Origin: Flavobacteriales bacterium
Lineage (GTDB): Bacteria > Bacteroidota > Bacteroidia > Flavobacteriales_F > PHOS-HE28
Assembly (NCBI GenBank): GCA_036405935.1
Contig: DASWWQ010000030.1
Location: 1-58,277 of the forward strand
DNA: 58,277 bases
Direction of reading: 5' to 3'
Shown here piece by piece: positions 9,588-18,783 of this stretch. Under the pieces are notes generated by a model that did not search any database, was not told the origin of the DNA, and worked only from the letters and a program-made list of their open reading frames with translations. The position numbers and the translations under genes were made by a program. Numbering within the stretch: position 1 is the first letter of the stretch; each line of letters starts with the position of its first letter.

Positions 9588-10820
9588 TCAGTTGCTCAGC
9601 ACCTTGATCTCCACCCGGCGATTGGCCTCGCTCTCCGCGTTGTTCTTCGGTTCGGGATAGAGCATCTTCGAGTTGCCCATTCCCACGTACCCGATGCGGG
9701 AGGTGGGCACCTCGTTCACGAGCAGGAAGTTGTAGACCGTCATGGCCCTTGCCTCGCTGAGGGCGATGAACTCCTTGTTGTTCTTGTAGGTGGGTCCGTT
9801 CACATGGCCCTCCACCTGGATCTTCACCGTTGGATTCTCCTGCATGAAGAGCAGCAAAAGCAGCAGGCTCGGCTCGGAACTGCGCAGCACCTTCTGGTCA
9901 TTGCCCACGAAGCGGATATCCTCCAGCACCACGTTCTCGCCGGCCTTGATCGGAGACAGGTCCAGCCGCACGCGCAACGTGTCCTCCATGCTGCCTTTCA
10001 CCTCCTTGTTATGGAACATGTAGCCTTTGCGCACGCAGCCGAACTTCAGGTTGCGATAGGGCTCCATTTCGAAGTAATAGCGGCTGTTGCCCTTCTGCTC
10101 CACCGTTTTGTCGAAGACCAGGCCCTGCACCGTGAGCAGTGCTTCCACGGGTTGGCCGGTGGCTCCGTCCACGATGTCCACGACCAGGATCTGCTTGCGT
10201 TTCTTCTTGTCCTCGGGCGGTGGGGGTGGTGGAGGCGGGTCATAATGGAAGTGGATGGTGTATCCGTCCAATGGGCGATCCTGGTAGTCCACGAGCAGAT
10301 AGAGCAGTTCACCGGCCTGCACCTCCACCGGTCTGCTGAAGGAGGAACCCACACCCGATCGCACGAACTCCTCCTCCGCCCCCTTCCGGAGGCCGCAGAC
10401 GGAACCGTTGCTCTTGTCGTTGCGCGAGATGTTGGTACGCACCGGGGCCACCTGTTTGGTCACCACCTTTTCACAGAACCCCGGCACTGCGCCTTGGAAG
10501 AGCAGGAAGTCGATGTCGTCCTCGATGTTCTTCGGGATGATGTCGAAGGTGAGGGTCGTCTTCACCGGTGCCCGGAAGCGGTACCAGGTGGAATGGTGCT
10601 CCCGTTCCAACCATTGTTTATCCTCCGCGGGATTCTCCTTCACCTCCAGCACGTTGCCGAAACCGCGCACCGCGCTCTCCTGCACATAGATGCTGTCCCG
10701 GATGAAAAGTGCGCCCATACAATCGCCGTTCGCCTGCGCCGGCCTTTGCGGGGCTTGGGCGAGCAGGAGAAGGCCATGGCCACAAAAGGCCAACAGCAGG
10801 GGTATGCGTGGAGGTCGCAC
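9588..10820 (-). CDS. OmpA family protein (N-terminal beta-rich domain, poly-Pro linker, C-terminal OmpA peptidoglycan-binding domain)
   Basis: The C-terminus VEGHVNGPTYKNNKEFIALSEARAMTVYNFLLVNEVPTSRIGYVGMGNSKMLYPEPKNNAESEANRRVEIKVLSN is OmpA_C-like. The internal linker is DPPPPPPPPEDKKKRK. GTG start with a signal peptide. Confidence 0.85.
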   Translation of the reverse strand: MRPPRIPLLLAFCGHGLLLLAQAPQRPAQANGDCMGALFIRDSIYVQESAVRGFGNVLEVKENPAEDKQWLEREHHSTWYRFRAPVKTTLTFDIIPKNIEDDIDFLLFQGAVPGFCEKVVTKQVAPVRTNISRNDKSNGSVCGLRKGAEEEFVRSGVGSSFSRPVEVQAGELLYLLVDYQDRPLDGYTIHFHYDPPPPPPPPEDKKKRKQILVVDIVDGATGQPVEALLTVQGLVFDKTVEQKGNSRYYFEMEPYRNLKFGCVRKGYMFHNKEVKGSMEDTLRVRLDLSPIKAGENVVLEDIRFVGNDQKVLRSSEPSLLLLLLFMQENPTVKIQVEGHVNGPTYKNNKEFIALSEARAMTVYNFLLVNEVPTSRIGYVGMGNSKMLYPEPKNNAESEANRRVEIKVLSN

Positions 10821-10852
10821 GCCCGCTCATACGGGGAAGGCCCGATCGGGGT

Positions 10853-13534
10853 TCAGTACCCCAGGTTGCTGCCCAACCAGCGCTCCATCCACTCCACGCT
10901 CTCGCCCTTGCGCAGCGCGAGGTCCTCGATCTGGTCCCGGGCCACCCGGCCGATCCCGAAGTACTTGCTCCACGGGTGGGCGAAGTAGAAGCCGCTGACC
11001 GCCGCCGCCGGGCTCATGGCCAAGCCTTCGGTGAGGGTGATGCCCGTGTGCTTGGTGGCGTCCAACAGGCGGAAGAGCTCGGGCTTCTCGGTATGGTCCG
11101 GGCAGGCGGGATAGCCCGGCGCCGGGCGGATGCCCTGGTACTCCTCCTTGATCAGCTGGTCGTTGCTGAGTCGGACGGTCTCATAGCCCCAGAGTTCCTG
11201 GCGCACCACCTCGTGCAGCTTCTCGGCGAAGGCCTCGGCCAGGCGATCGGCCAAGGCCTTGAGCAGGATGGCACTGTAATCGTCGTGTGCGGCCTCGAAG
11301 CGCTTCACGCGTTCATCCACCCCATGGCCGGCGCTCACCGCAAAACCACCGAGGTGGTCGGCGGTGCCTTTCGCAGCGATGAAGTCCGATAAGGCGATGT
11401 AGGGAACGCCGGGCGCCTTCTTGCTCTGCTGGCGCATGGTATGGACACGACCGATGACCTTGGTGCGGGCCACGTCGCCGTAGAGTTCGATGTCGTCGTC
11501 GTTCACCGTGTTCGCGGGCCAGATGCCCGCCACTCCGTGCGCCTGGATCCATTGCTCCTTCACGATGCGGTCCAGCATCTTCTGCGCATCGTTGAAGAGG
11601 CGCGTGGCTTCGGCACCCACCACGGCATCCTCCAGGATACGCGGGTACTTGCCGGCCAGTTCCCAGGCCATGAAGAAGGGCGTCCAGTCGATGTAGGGCA
11701 CCAGCTCGGCCAGCGGGTAATTGCGGTAGCTGAAGATGCCCGTGCTCTTGGGCACCACCGGCGGCTCGGCGGCGAAGTCGATCACGAACTTCTTCGCCCG
11801 CGCTTCGGTCAGGGGCACGTATTCCTTCTCGCGCTGATTGCCCTCGTACTGGGTGCGCACCTTGGCGTATTCCTCCTTGATGTCCACCTCGAAGCGTGCG
11901 CGCTCGTTGTCGCTGAGCAGATTGCTCACCACGGGCACGCTGCGCGAAGCATCGATGACGTGCACCACAGGATTGCTATAGTGCGGCGCGATCTTCACGG
12001 CGGTGTGCACGCGACTCGTCGTTGCACCGCCGATCAGCAGCGGGGTCTCGAAGCCTTCGCGTTCCATCTCCTTGGCCACGTGCACCATCTCATCGAGCGA
12101 GGGGGTGATCAGTCCGCTGAGGCCGATGATGTCCACCTTCATCTCGCGTGCGGTCTTCAGGATGGTGGCGCTCTGCACCATCACGCCCAGATCGATCACC
12201 TGCCAGCCATTGCAGGCGAGGATCACGCCCACGATGTTCTTGCCGATGTCGTGTACATCCCCTTTCACCGTGGCGAGCAGCACCTTCTTCGCGCCTTCCT
12301 TCTGTGTGCCGAGCACCTGTGCGGCCTTCTTCTCCGCGAGGAAAGGTTCGAGGTAGGCCACGGCGCGTTTCATCACGCGGGCGCTCTTCACCACTTGGGG
12401 CAGGAACATTTTGCCGCTCCCGAAGAGGTCGCCCACCACGTTCATACCGGCCATCAGCGGTCCTTCGATCACCAGCACAGGGTCCACGTACCGCACGCGG
12501 GCCTCTTCGGTATCCGCTTCGATGAACTCGGTGACGCCATGCACCAAGGCATGCTTCAGGCGTTCCTCCACGGAGCCTTCGCGCCAGGCGGCTTGCGCTG
12601 CGACAACTTCCGCGCTTGGCGCGCCTTTGAACTGTTCGGCGAACGCGACCATACGCTCTGTTGCATCGGGGCGACGCGCCAGCAGCACATCCTCCACGTG
12701 CTCCAGCAGGTCCTTCGGGATGTCGTCGTACACCCCGATCTGCCCGGCGTTCACGATGCCCATGTCGAGCCCCGCTTTGATGGCGTGGTAGAGGAAGGCC
12801 GTGTGGATGGCCTCGCGCACGGGTTCGTTGCCCCGGAAGCTGAAGCTCACGTTGCTCACGCCGCCGCTGGTGAGCGCACCGGGCAGGTTCTGCTTGATCC
12901 ACCGCACCCCTTCGATGAAGTCGATGGCGTAACGGTCGTGCTCGGCCATGCCGGTGGCCACGGTGAGGATGTTCGCGTCGATGATGATGTCGTGCGGCGC
13001 GAAGCCGGCCTTCTGCGTGAGCAGGTCGTAGCTGCGCTGCGCGATCTGGATGCGGCGCTCGAAGTTGTCGGCCTGGCCCTGCTCGTCGAAGCACATCACC
13101 ACGGTGGCGGCACCGAGGCGACGGATGATCTTCGCTTGTCGCAGGAACTCCGCTTCCCCTTCCTTCAGGCTGATGCTGTTGGCGATGCCCTTGCCTTGCA
13201 GGCATTTCAGGCCGGCTTCCACCACGGCGAACTTGCTGCTGTCCACCATCACGGGCACGCGCGCGATGTCGGGTTCGGCGGCGATGAGGTTGAGGAACTT
13301 GGTCATGGCCTCCACGCCATCGATCATGCCCTCATCGAGGTTCACATCGATCACCTGCGCGCCGTTCTCCACCTGCTGGCGGGCCACGCTCACGGCCTCA
13401 TCGTAGTTGCCGTTCTTGATCAGCTTACGGAAGGCCGCGCTGCCCGTGACGTTCGTGCGCTCGCCGATGTTGACGAAGTTGGCGCCCTTGAAGATGCGGA
13501 GCGGCTCGAGGCCGGAGTAGGTGGGGATGGACAT
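10853..13534 (-). CDS. metH: methionine synthase, pterin-binding + B12-binding + AdoMet-activation modules (C-terminal part of split MetH)
   Basis: 893 aa. Starts directly in the pterin-binding module ([29 protein letters not shown]...[12 protein letters not shown]). Has the B12 motif [13 protein letters not shown] and a C-terminal activation domain. It lacks the Hcy-binding module, which is encoded separately at 14287-15321. Confidence 0.95.
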   Translation of the reverse strand: MSIPTYSGLEPLRIFKGANFVNIGERTNVTGSAAFRKLIKNGNYDEAVSVARQQVENGAQVIDVNLDEGMIDGVEAMTKFLNLIAAEPDIARVPVMVDSSKFAVVEAGLKCLQGKGIANSISLKEGEAEFLRQAKIIRRLGAATVVMCFDEQGQADNFERRIQIAQRSYDLLTQKAGFAPHDIIIDANILTVATGMAEHDRYAIDFIEGVRWIKQNLPGALTSGGVSNVSFSFRGNEPVREAIHTAFLYHAIKAGLDMGIVNAGQIGVYDDIPKDLLEHVEDVLLARRPDATERMVAFAEQFKGAPSAEVVAAQAAWREGSVEERLKHALVHGVTEFIEADTEEARVRYVDPVLVIEGPLMAGMNVVGDLFGSGKMFLPQVVKSARVMKRAVAYLEPFLAEKKAAQVLGTQKEGAKKVLLATVKGDVHDIGKNIVGVILACNGWQVIDLGVMVQSATILKTAREMKVDIIGLSGLITPSLDEMVHVAKEMEREGFETPLLIGGATTSRVHTAVKIAPHYSNPVVHVIDASRSVPVVSNLLSDNERARFEVDIKEEYAKVRTQYEGNQREKEYVPLTEARAKKFVIDFAAEPPVVPKSTGIFSYRNYPLAELVPYIDWTPFFMAWELAGKYPRILEDAVVGAEATRLFNDAQKMLDRIVKEQWIQAHGVAGIWPANTVNDDDIELYGDVARTKVIGRVHTMRQQSKKAPGVPYIALSDFIAAKGTADHLGGFAVSAGHGVDERVKRFEAAHDDYSAILLKALADRLAEAFAEKLHEVVRQELWGYETVRLSNDQLIKEEYQGIRPAPGYPACPDHTEKPELFRLLDATKHTGITLTEGLAMSPAAAVSGFYFAHPWSKYFGIGRVARDQIEDLALRKGESVEWMERWLGSNLGY

Positions 13535-13535
13535 G

Positions 13536-14027
13536 TCAGGAAGACTTCAACGGAGAAGCTGATGCATTGTCGACCAATGCGGGTTTTGGGCTGAACCACT
13601 TCACGAGAAAGCCGGATAGAATAGAGGCGGGAACGGTTACCCAACCATACATCAAGAGGCTGTAAAGGGTAGTCGCGAATGAACCAGCAATGACCATAAG
13701 GAGATTGGGTGGCGGGTTGCCCAGTGAGTCACCCTCATAAGCTCCGATCAAATAGAGAATGTTGATCCCCAAACCGAGCAACACGAAGGTGACATAGTGC
13801 GAAGCCGTCCCAGAGATCAAGCCAATGACAAATAGATATGGCGTTTCAATCGGTTCTGAATCGGATTGGAAACACCTCCAGCAAATACCAGCTGTAAGAA
13901 ATGCGGCGATGGGCGCTGCAACAATAAAAGCCCAATAACCATTGCCAGTTGCCGTAACAGTGAGATGCAGCCCGACGATCACTCCTACGAGAGCATTGAA
14001 CAATCCGAACTTGTACCAACGTTTCAT
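13536..14027 (-). CDS. hypothetical 5-TM membrane protein, compositionally foreign (about 50% GC)
   Basis: 163 aa with ATG at 14027. Its stop lies 1 nt before the metH ATG (TGAcATG). Hydrophobic helices [71 protein letters not shown] and [22 protein letters not shown]. Hand count over 13621-13980 gives about 50% G+C, against about 62% in an adjacent metH line. Confidence 0.6.
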   Translation of the reverse strand: MKRWYKFGLFNALVGVIVGLHLTVTATGNGYWAFIVAAPIAAFLTAGICWRCFQSDSEPIETPYLFVIGLISGTASHYVTFVLLGLGINILYLIGAYEGDSLGNPPPNLLMVIAGSFATTLYSLLMYGWVTVPASILSGFLVKWFSPKPALVDNASASPLKSS

Positions 14028-14091
14028 TGGTTGCTGAGGTCAATGGGAATTGCACGTTGCGTGAGCGATTGAAGCGGCACCCCGCAGTGAG

Positions 14092-14175
14092 CCCCGGCTT
14101 CAAGCCGGGGAAGCGAGGAGTACAGGCCCGGGTCCGAGCCCGGGCTAAACTCCAAGCCCCGGCCTTTAGCCGGGG
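14092..14175. repeat. array of three GC-rich 7-bp-stem hairpins (REP-like)
   Basis: CCCCGGC-ttcaa-GCCGGGG (14092-14110), GCCCGGG-tccgag-CCCGGGC (14126-14145) and CCCCGGC-cttta-GCCGGGG (14157-14175). They lie inside the intergenic gap of the metH operon. Confidence 0.6.
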
Positions 14176-14229
14176 GAGGGGGCACGCCCACACCTCGACT
14201 CTGCTCGGTGTTACAGGCGCGCATTAGCA

Positions 14230-14283
14230 TTCCTCTGTGCCCTCTGTGCCGGAGCCTGTCCCGACGAAGGAGGGATGGTGAAG
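14230..14283. repeat. solo/disrupted arm of the CTCTGTGCC...TGGTGAAGG inverted-repeat family
   Basis: ttcctctgtgccctctgtgcc ... tggtgaag matches the right arm of the element at 26770-26798 (tttctctgtgccctccgtgcctctgtggtgaagg), with about 25 nt of extra internal sequence. Confidence 0.45.
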
Positions 14284-14286
14284 TAT

Positions 14287-15321
14287 TCATGCCAACACAG
14301 GCTGCACCCGCGGTGCATGCTTCGTAGCCTCCTTGGCCAGCGCTGCGATATGCTCCGGCGTGGTGCCACAACACCCGCCCACCACGTTCACCCAGCCGTT
14401 GGCCATGAACTCGCCCACGAGGCGGGCGGTGACCTCGGGTGTTTCGCGGTACTCGCCCATCTGGTCGGGCAGGCCGGCGTTGGGGTAGATGCTCACGCGG
14501 CAGGTGCTCTGCTCGGCGATCACCTCGAGGTACGGGCGCATCTGCGCCGCGCCCAGCGCGCAGTTGAGACCCATACTGAAGAGCGGCACGTGCTGCATGC
14601 TGATCAGGAAGGCCTCGATGGTCTGGCCGCTGAGGGTGCGCCCGCTGGCATCGGTGATGGTGACGCTGCACATCAACGGCACGCGTGTGCCTCGTGCTTC
14701 AAAGACCTCATCGACGGCGAAGAAGGCGGCCTTGGCGTTGAGCGTGTCGAAGATGGTCTCCACCAGCAGGATGTCGGCACCGGCATCGAGCAGGGCTTCC
14801 ACTTGTTCCTTGTAGGCAGTAACGAGTTGATCGAAGGTGACGGCGCGGAAACCGGGGTCGTTCACGTCGGGACTGAGCGAGGCGGTCTTGTTCATGGGCC
14901 CGATGGCACCGGCCACGAAACGCGGTTTGCTCGGATCCATGGCGCTGTACTTCGCGCACGCCTCCTTGGCCAAGCGCACCGAGGCCAGGTTCATCTCGCG
15001 CGCCAGGTGACTGCATTCGTGCTCGGCCTGCGCGATGCTGGTAGCACTGAAGGTGTTCGTCTCCACGATGTCGGCGCCGGCCGCGAGGTATTGCTCGTGG
15101 ATGGTGCGGATGGCATCGGGCCGCGAGAGCGAAAGCAGTTCGTTGTTGCCCTTCAACAGGATCGGGTGGTTCTCCATGCCCTTGGGATGGAAGTCCTCCT
15201 CGGTGAGGCCGAGCTTCTGGATCATGGTGCCCATGGCCCCGTCGAGGACGAGGATGCGCTTGTTCGCCGCAGCCTCCAAGGTGGAGGCGGGCTCTTGGGC
15301 GACTTGTTCGAATGTCTTCAT
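14287..15321 (-). CDS. homocysteine S-methyltransferase domain protein (N-terminal module of split MetH)
   Basis: 344 aa. ILVLDGAMGTMIQKLGLTEEDF...SRPDAIRTIHEQYLAAGADIVETNTF...NAGLP...VGGCCGTTPEHI is the Hcy-binding (S-methyl_trans) barrel with its Zn-ligand Cys residues. Confidence 0.9.
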   Translation of the reverse strand: MKTFEQVAQEPASTLEAAANKRILVLDGAMGTMIQKLGLTEEDFHPKGMENHPILLKGNNELLSLSRPDAIRTIHEQYLAAGADIVETNTFSATSIAQAEHECSHLAREMNLASVRLAKEACAKYSAMDPSKPRFVAGAIGPMNKTASLSPDVNDPGFRAVTFDQLVTAYKEQVEALLDAGADILLVETIFDTLNAKAAFFAVDEVFEARGTRVPLMCSVTITDASGRTLSGQTIEAFLISMQHVPLFSMGLNCALGAAQMRPYLEVIAEQSTCRVSIYPNAGLPDQMGEYRETPEVTARLVGEFMANGWVNVVGGCCGTTPEHIAALAKEATKHAPRVQPVLA

Positions 15322-15353
15322 ATCGTTCCGTTCTTCCGTGCCACCAGAAATGA

Positions 15354-15384
15354 AAAAGCCCCACCCGATGGACCGGATGAGGCG
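15354..15384 (-). terminator. intrinsic terminator forming the expression platform of the SAM-I riboswitch
   Basis: The minus strand reads GCCUCAUCC-gguccauc-GGGUGGGGC followed by UUUUUCAUUU. It sits between the aptamer and the ATG at 15321. Confidence 0.6.
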
Positions 15385-15420
15385 TCAATGCTCCCTTGCG
15401 GGACTTGCTTCCTGATCACG

Positions 15421-15560
15421 GCTCATCTTCATCATTCCTGTCCGGTTCGGCGGGCTCACCGTGACATTCATGATCTGGATTTAGCACCTACCCGATGGAT
15501 CACCACCGGACGGTTGCCAAGGCTTCGCAGGGCCAGTCCCTCCGCCTTTCTGGATAAGCG
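15421..15560 (-). promoter_or_regulatory. SAM-I (S-box) riboswitch aptamer upstream of the split metH operon
   Basis: The minus strand reads cgCUUAUCCAGAAAGGCGGAGGGACUGGCCCUGCGAAGCCUUGGCAACCguccgg...GGUGCUAAAUCCAG...GAAGAUGAGcc. It carries the conserved P1 (UUAUC/GAUGAG), GGAGGGA-CUGGCCC, GGCAACC and GGUGCUAAAUCC cores of the SAM-I consensus. Confidence 0.85.
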
Positions 15561-15650
15561 TCCCGGTACGAGGACCGGGATTTCTGAAAGAACGCGGCGC
15601 GAAGATAGGGGGATGCCGGGGCCGCGCCATGCCGGGATACGGGTCCCCTC

Positions 15651-15658
15651 TACTTTTG
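15651..15658 (+). promoter_or_regulatory. candidate -7 box (TACTTTTG) only 4 nt before the ATG at 15663
   Basis: Exact TAnnTTTG match. Its position implies a leaderless or near-leaderless transcript if it is functional. Confidence 0.3.
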
Positions 15659-15662
15659 GCGC

Positions 15663-16568
15663 ATGCTCCAACGCATCAAAGCCGTTTTCCGTCCTTGGGT
15701 ACCAGCGGTGGTCCGCCAAGCCGCAGCGCGTAGACGTGCCCGTCAGGAGCGCGAGCGCCATGCGGCCACCGAGCGCCTGTTGTTCCAGCCGGCCGTCGGT
15801 CCGGCGTGGCTCGGCCGGACCGAACTGGAGGAGCTGTGCCGGACCTACGCGGCACCTCCCAGCTACGGCTATGGCGCGGATGCCTTGGAGGAGCGCGGCC
15901 GCCAGCGGGCGAAGGAGCTGATGGCCGCACATCCGGAGGCCCGGCGCTTCCTGGACCTCGGCTGCCTGGACGGTATGACGGCCGCGGCACTGCAACAGGC
16001 CGGCAAGGATGGACACGGCATCGACCTCGTGGAGCAGCTCGACCCGCGCGCGGCCGCGGCCGGGGTTCGTTTCCGGCGCATGGATGCCATGGCCTTGGAA
16101 TATCCCGGCGATCATTTCGACGTGGTCCACTCCTTCAATGCCTTCGAACATTTCGGTGATCCGGCGCAGGTGCTCCGCGAAGCGTTGCGCGTAACACGGC
16201 CCGGTGGACGGGTGCATCTGCATTTCGGTCCCTTGTACGGCTCCGCGAAAGGGCTGCACGCCTACTACAAGATCCCCGTGCCATACTGCCAGTTCCTGTT
16301 CCCCCTGGAGCTGATGAACACGTACCTCACCGAACGCGGCGTGGAGCCCTTGGACCCCGGTCATTGCAACGGATGGACGGTCCAGCAGTTCCGCGATCTG
16401 TGGTCCAGCATGCGCGACCGAGCCGATATCCTGGAGCAGGCGGAGTACTACCACACCGCCGACCTGGATATCGTACGCCGCTTCCCTTCCTGCTTCCAAG
16501 GAAAGGTGCAGCAGTTCGATGACCTCATCGTGAACAACCTACGGGTGGTGCTGCGCAAACGCGGCTGA
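15663..16568 (+). CDS. class I SAM-dependent methyltransferase
   Basis: FLDLGCLDGMTAAALQQAGKDGHGIDL (motif I), DAMALEYPGDHFDVVHSFNAFEHFGDP and LRVTRPGGRVHLHFGP. Confidence 0.8.
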   Translation: MLQRIKAVFRPWVPAVVRQAAARRRARQERERHAATERLLFQPAVGPAWLGRTELEELCRTYAAPPSYGYGADALEERGRQRAKELMAAHPEARRFLDLGCLDGMTAAALQQAGKDGHGIDLVEQLDPRAAAAGVRFRRMDAMALEYPGDHFDVVHSFNAFEHFGDPAQVLREALRVTRPGGRVHLHFGPLYGSAKGLHAYYKIPVPYCQFLFPLELMNTYLTERGVEPLDPGHCNGWTVQQFRDLWSSMRDRADILEQAEYYHTADLDIVRRFPSCFQGKVQQFDDLIVNNLRVVLRKRG

Positions 16569-16585
16569 CGCACCACGCTTCGGCG

Positions 16586-18655
16586 TCACTTGCCCCCGAT
16601 GTGGGTATCGAGCCAGTTGAACACGGTGCGGTGCCACAGGCGGGAGTTCTGCGGCTTCAACACCCAGTGGTTCTCGTCGGGGAAACGCAGCAGCTGCGAA
16701 TCGATGCCCCTCGTCTGCAACGCCGTGAAGACACCCAGTCCTTGCGACAGCGGGATGCGGTAGTCCTTGTCGGAGTGGATCACCAGCATCGGCACGGTCC
16801 AATCCTTCGCATGCAGCAACGGGTTGAAGACGTCGTACAACTCGGGCTTGGTGAACACATCCGGACCGTTCTCCCAGTCGGTGAACCACAGCTCTTCCGT
16901 GGAGTAGCCCATGGCACGGGCATCGAACACGCCGTTGTGCGACACCAGGCACTTGAAGGCACCGGGCCATTTGCCGGCGATCCAGTTCACCATGAAGCCG
17001 CCATAGGAAGCCCCGAGCGCCGCGGCCCGATCACCATCGAGGAAGGGATACTTGCCCAAGGCGAAGGCCCAGCCTTTCTGCAGGTCCTCCAATGGACGAT
17101 CGCCCCAGTGCTGGCTGATGGCATCGGTGAAGGCCTGGCCGTAGCCCGTGCTGCCATGGAAGTCGATCATCACCACGGCGTATCCGGCACCGGCATAGGT
17201 CTGCGGGTTCCAGCGGAAGCTCCAGCCATCACCGAAGCTGCCCTGCGGTCCACCGTGGATCAGGAAGGCCACGGGATACTTCCTGCCTTCCACGTAGTTC
17301 GCGGGCTTGATCACATAGCCGTGCACGGTCTCGTCGTTCCACCCCTTGAAGCTGAACTGCTCGTACGCACCGAAGACCTTGTTCTTCAGGGAGGCGTTCA
17401 CCGCGGTGAGGTTCGTGGCGCCTTCGTCGATCATCGCGCTCTTGGGTTTCGAGGCGAAAAGCTGGCTGGGGCTGTTGAGGTTGCTCTTCAGGAACACGAA
17501 GCCGTTGGCTGTCTCGTGGAAGACGTCGATGTGCCCGCTCTTGGACAGCGGCGTCACCTTACCCGTGGCCACTTCGATGCGGAAGAGCCGGCCGATGCCC
17601 ACATCACCGGCGGTGACGTACAGGCTCTTCCCGTCCTTGGACCATTTCATATCGTCCACGCTGCGGTCCCAGTCGGGCGCCAGTTCGGTCACTTTGCCCG
17701 AAGCATCGCGCAATTTGATCCAGAACCGATCGGCCTCGAAGCCCGGGCGCTTCATCGCCTTGTAGGCCAAGGTCTTCCCATCGGGTGAAGGGCACGGCAG
17801 GGCATCCCAAGCCGGGTTGTCGGCCGTGAGGTTCGTGGGGGCACCACCGGAAATGGGTACGCTGTACAGATCGAAGTTGGTGCTCCACGGCTCACGCTTG
17901 CCGGCGATGCGCACAGCGTAGTAGACCGTCCGCGAATCGGGGGCGATCGCGAAATCCTCGGAACCACCGAAGGGCTTGGAGGGCACATCGCCATCGAGCT
18001 GGGGCGTCAAGGCCACCATCCGGCCGCTGGCGCTGAGCGGCACGTAGTAGAGGTGGTTGCGCGTACCATCGGCCCACGTATCCCAGTGGCGCACGAAAAG
18101 CTTGTCGTAGACCATGCCGGTGGACTTGTCGGCCGCGCGCTCGGCGAGCTTCTTCGTGGTGCAATCAATGGCATCGCCGGTGCATTCCGGGAAGACGGCC
18201 ATCGACACCACGAGTCCTTTGCCATCGGGGGCGATGCGGTAGGCGTTCACGTCCAAGGGCAACTGGGTGATCTGCACCGCCTTGGTGCCGAGCGGATCGC
18301 TCTTCCAGACCTGGCTGCTTTCGCCCTTCCGTGTGGAGAGGAAGTAGAAGCCCGAGCCGTCGGGGCTCCATTGGGCATCGCTGGCACCGCCTTCGGACAC
18401 GGCCAGCTTCACCTCCGGGGTGGCGGGACTGCTGAGGTCCTTCATCCAGAGCGTGCTCACGCCCTTGTTCTTCTCCATGTCGGTGGCGCGTACGTTGAAG
18501 AGCGCATAACGCCCCGAGGGATCCACCTGCAGGTTGCCGATGCGGTCCAGCAGGAGCATGTCGTCGTACGTGAAGGGTGTGCCTTGGGCGTGCGCCGCGT
18601 GGACGGTCGACATAAGCGCAAGGCCGGTGAGGATGCGAAGGCTGGGTGTCTTCAT
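16586..18655 (-). CDS. S9 family serine peptidase (prolyl oligopeptidase / dipeptidyl aminopeptidase-like)
   Basis: Signal peptide MKTPSLRILTGLALMSTVHAAHAQ, a beta-propeller region, then FLIHGGPQGSF...AALGASYGGFMVNWIAG (GxSxGG nucleophile elbow) and a C-terminal catalytic D/H region. Start at ATG 18655. Confidence 0.9.
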   Translation of the reverse strand: MKTPSLRILTGLALMSTVHAAHAQGTPFTYDDMLLLDRIGNLQVDPSGRYALFNVRATDMEKNKGVSTLWMKDLSSPATPEVKLAVSEGGASDAQWSPDGSGFYFLSTRKGESSQVWKSDPLGTKAVQITQLPLDVNAYRIAPDGKGLVVSMAVFPECTGDAIDCTTKKLAERAADKSTGMVYDKLFVRHWDTWADGTRNHLYYVPLSASGRMVALTPQLDGDVPSKPFGGSEDFAIAPDSRTVYYAVRIAGKREPWSTNFDLYSVPISGGAPTNLTADNPAWDALPCPSPDGKTLAYKAMKRPGFEADRFWIKLRDASGKVTELAPDWDRSVDDMKWSKDGKSLYVTAGDVGIGRLFRIEVATGKVTPLSKSGHIDVFHETANGFVFLKSNLNSPSQLFASKPKSAMIDEGATNLTAVNASLKNKVFGAYEQFSFKGWNDETVHGYVIKPANYVEGRKYPVAFLIHGGPQGSFGDGWSFRWNPQTYAGAGYAVVMIDFHGSTGYGQAFTDAISQHWGDRPLEDLQKGWAFALGKYPFLDGDRAAALGASYGGFMVNWIAGKWPGAFKCLVSHNGVFDARAMGYSTEELWFTDWENGPDVFTKPELYDVFNPLLHAKDWTVPMLVIHSDKDYRIPLSQGLGVFTALQTRGIDSQLLRFPDENHWVLKPQNSRLWHRTVFNWLDTHIGGK

Positions 18656-18783
18656 CGGTATGGGGTCGATGCGAAGATCGGTGTCCATACGGACCGGCAA
18701 GCGTGAAAGTGATGGCACGGACGGAGCCGTTCAACTGCGGACCGTCCTCGGCCGGGCCTATATCTTGTCCCACGATCGAACCC

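Noticed and set aside
10216-10239. Poly-proline tract (PPPPPPPP) in the OmpA protein as a slippage / phase-variation site
   Set aside because: The DNA is a mix of different GGN codons on the plus strand (ggcggtgggggtggtggaggcggg) rather than a long homopolymer or perfect short tandem repeat. It is most simply a rigid inter-domain linker.
16566-16588. TGACGC-N11-GCGTCA hairpin joining the two convergent stop codons
   Set aside because: The stem is only 6 bp with an 11-nt loop and no U/A tracts, which is too weak to call a bidirectional terminator from sequence alone.
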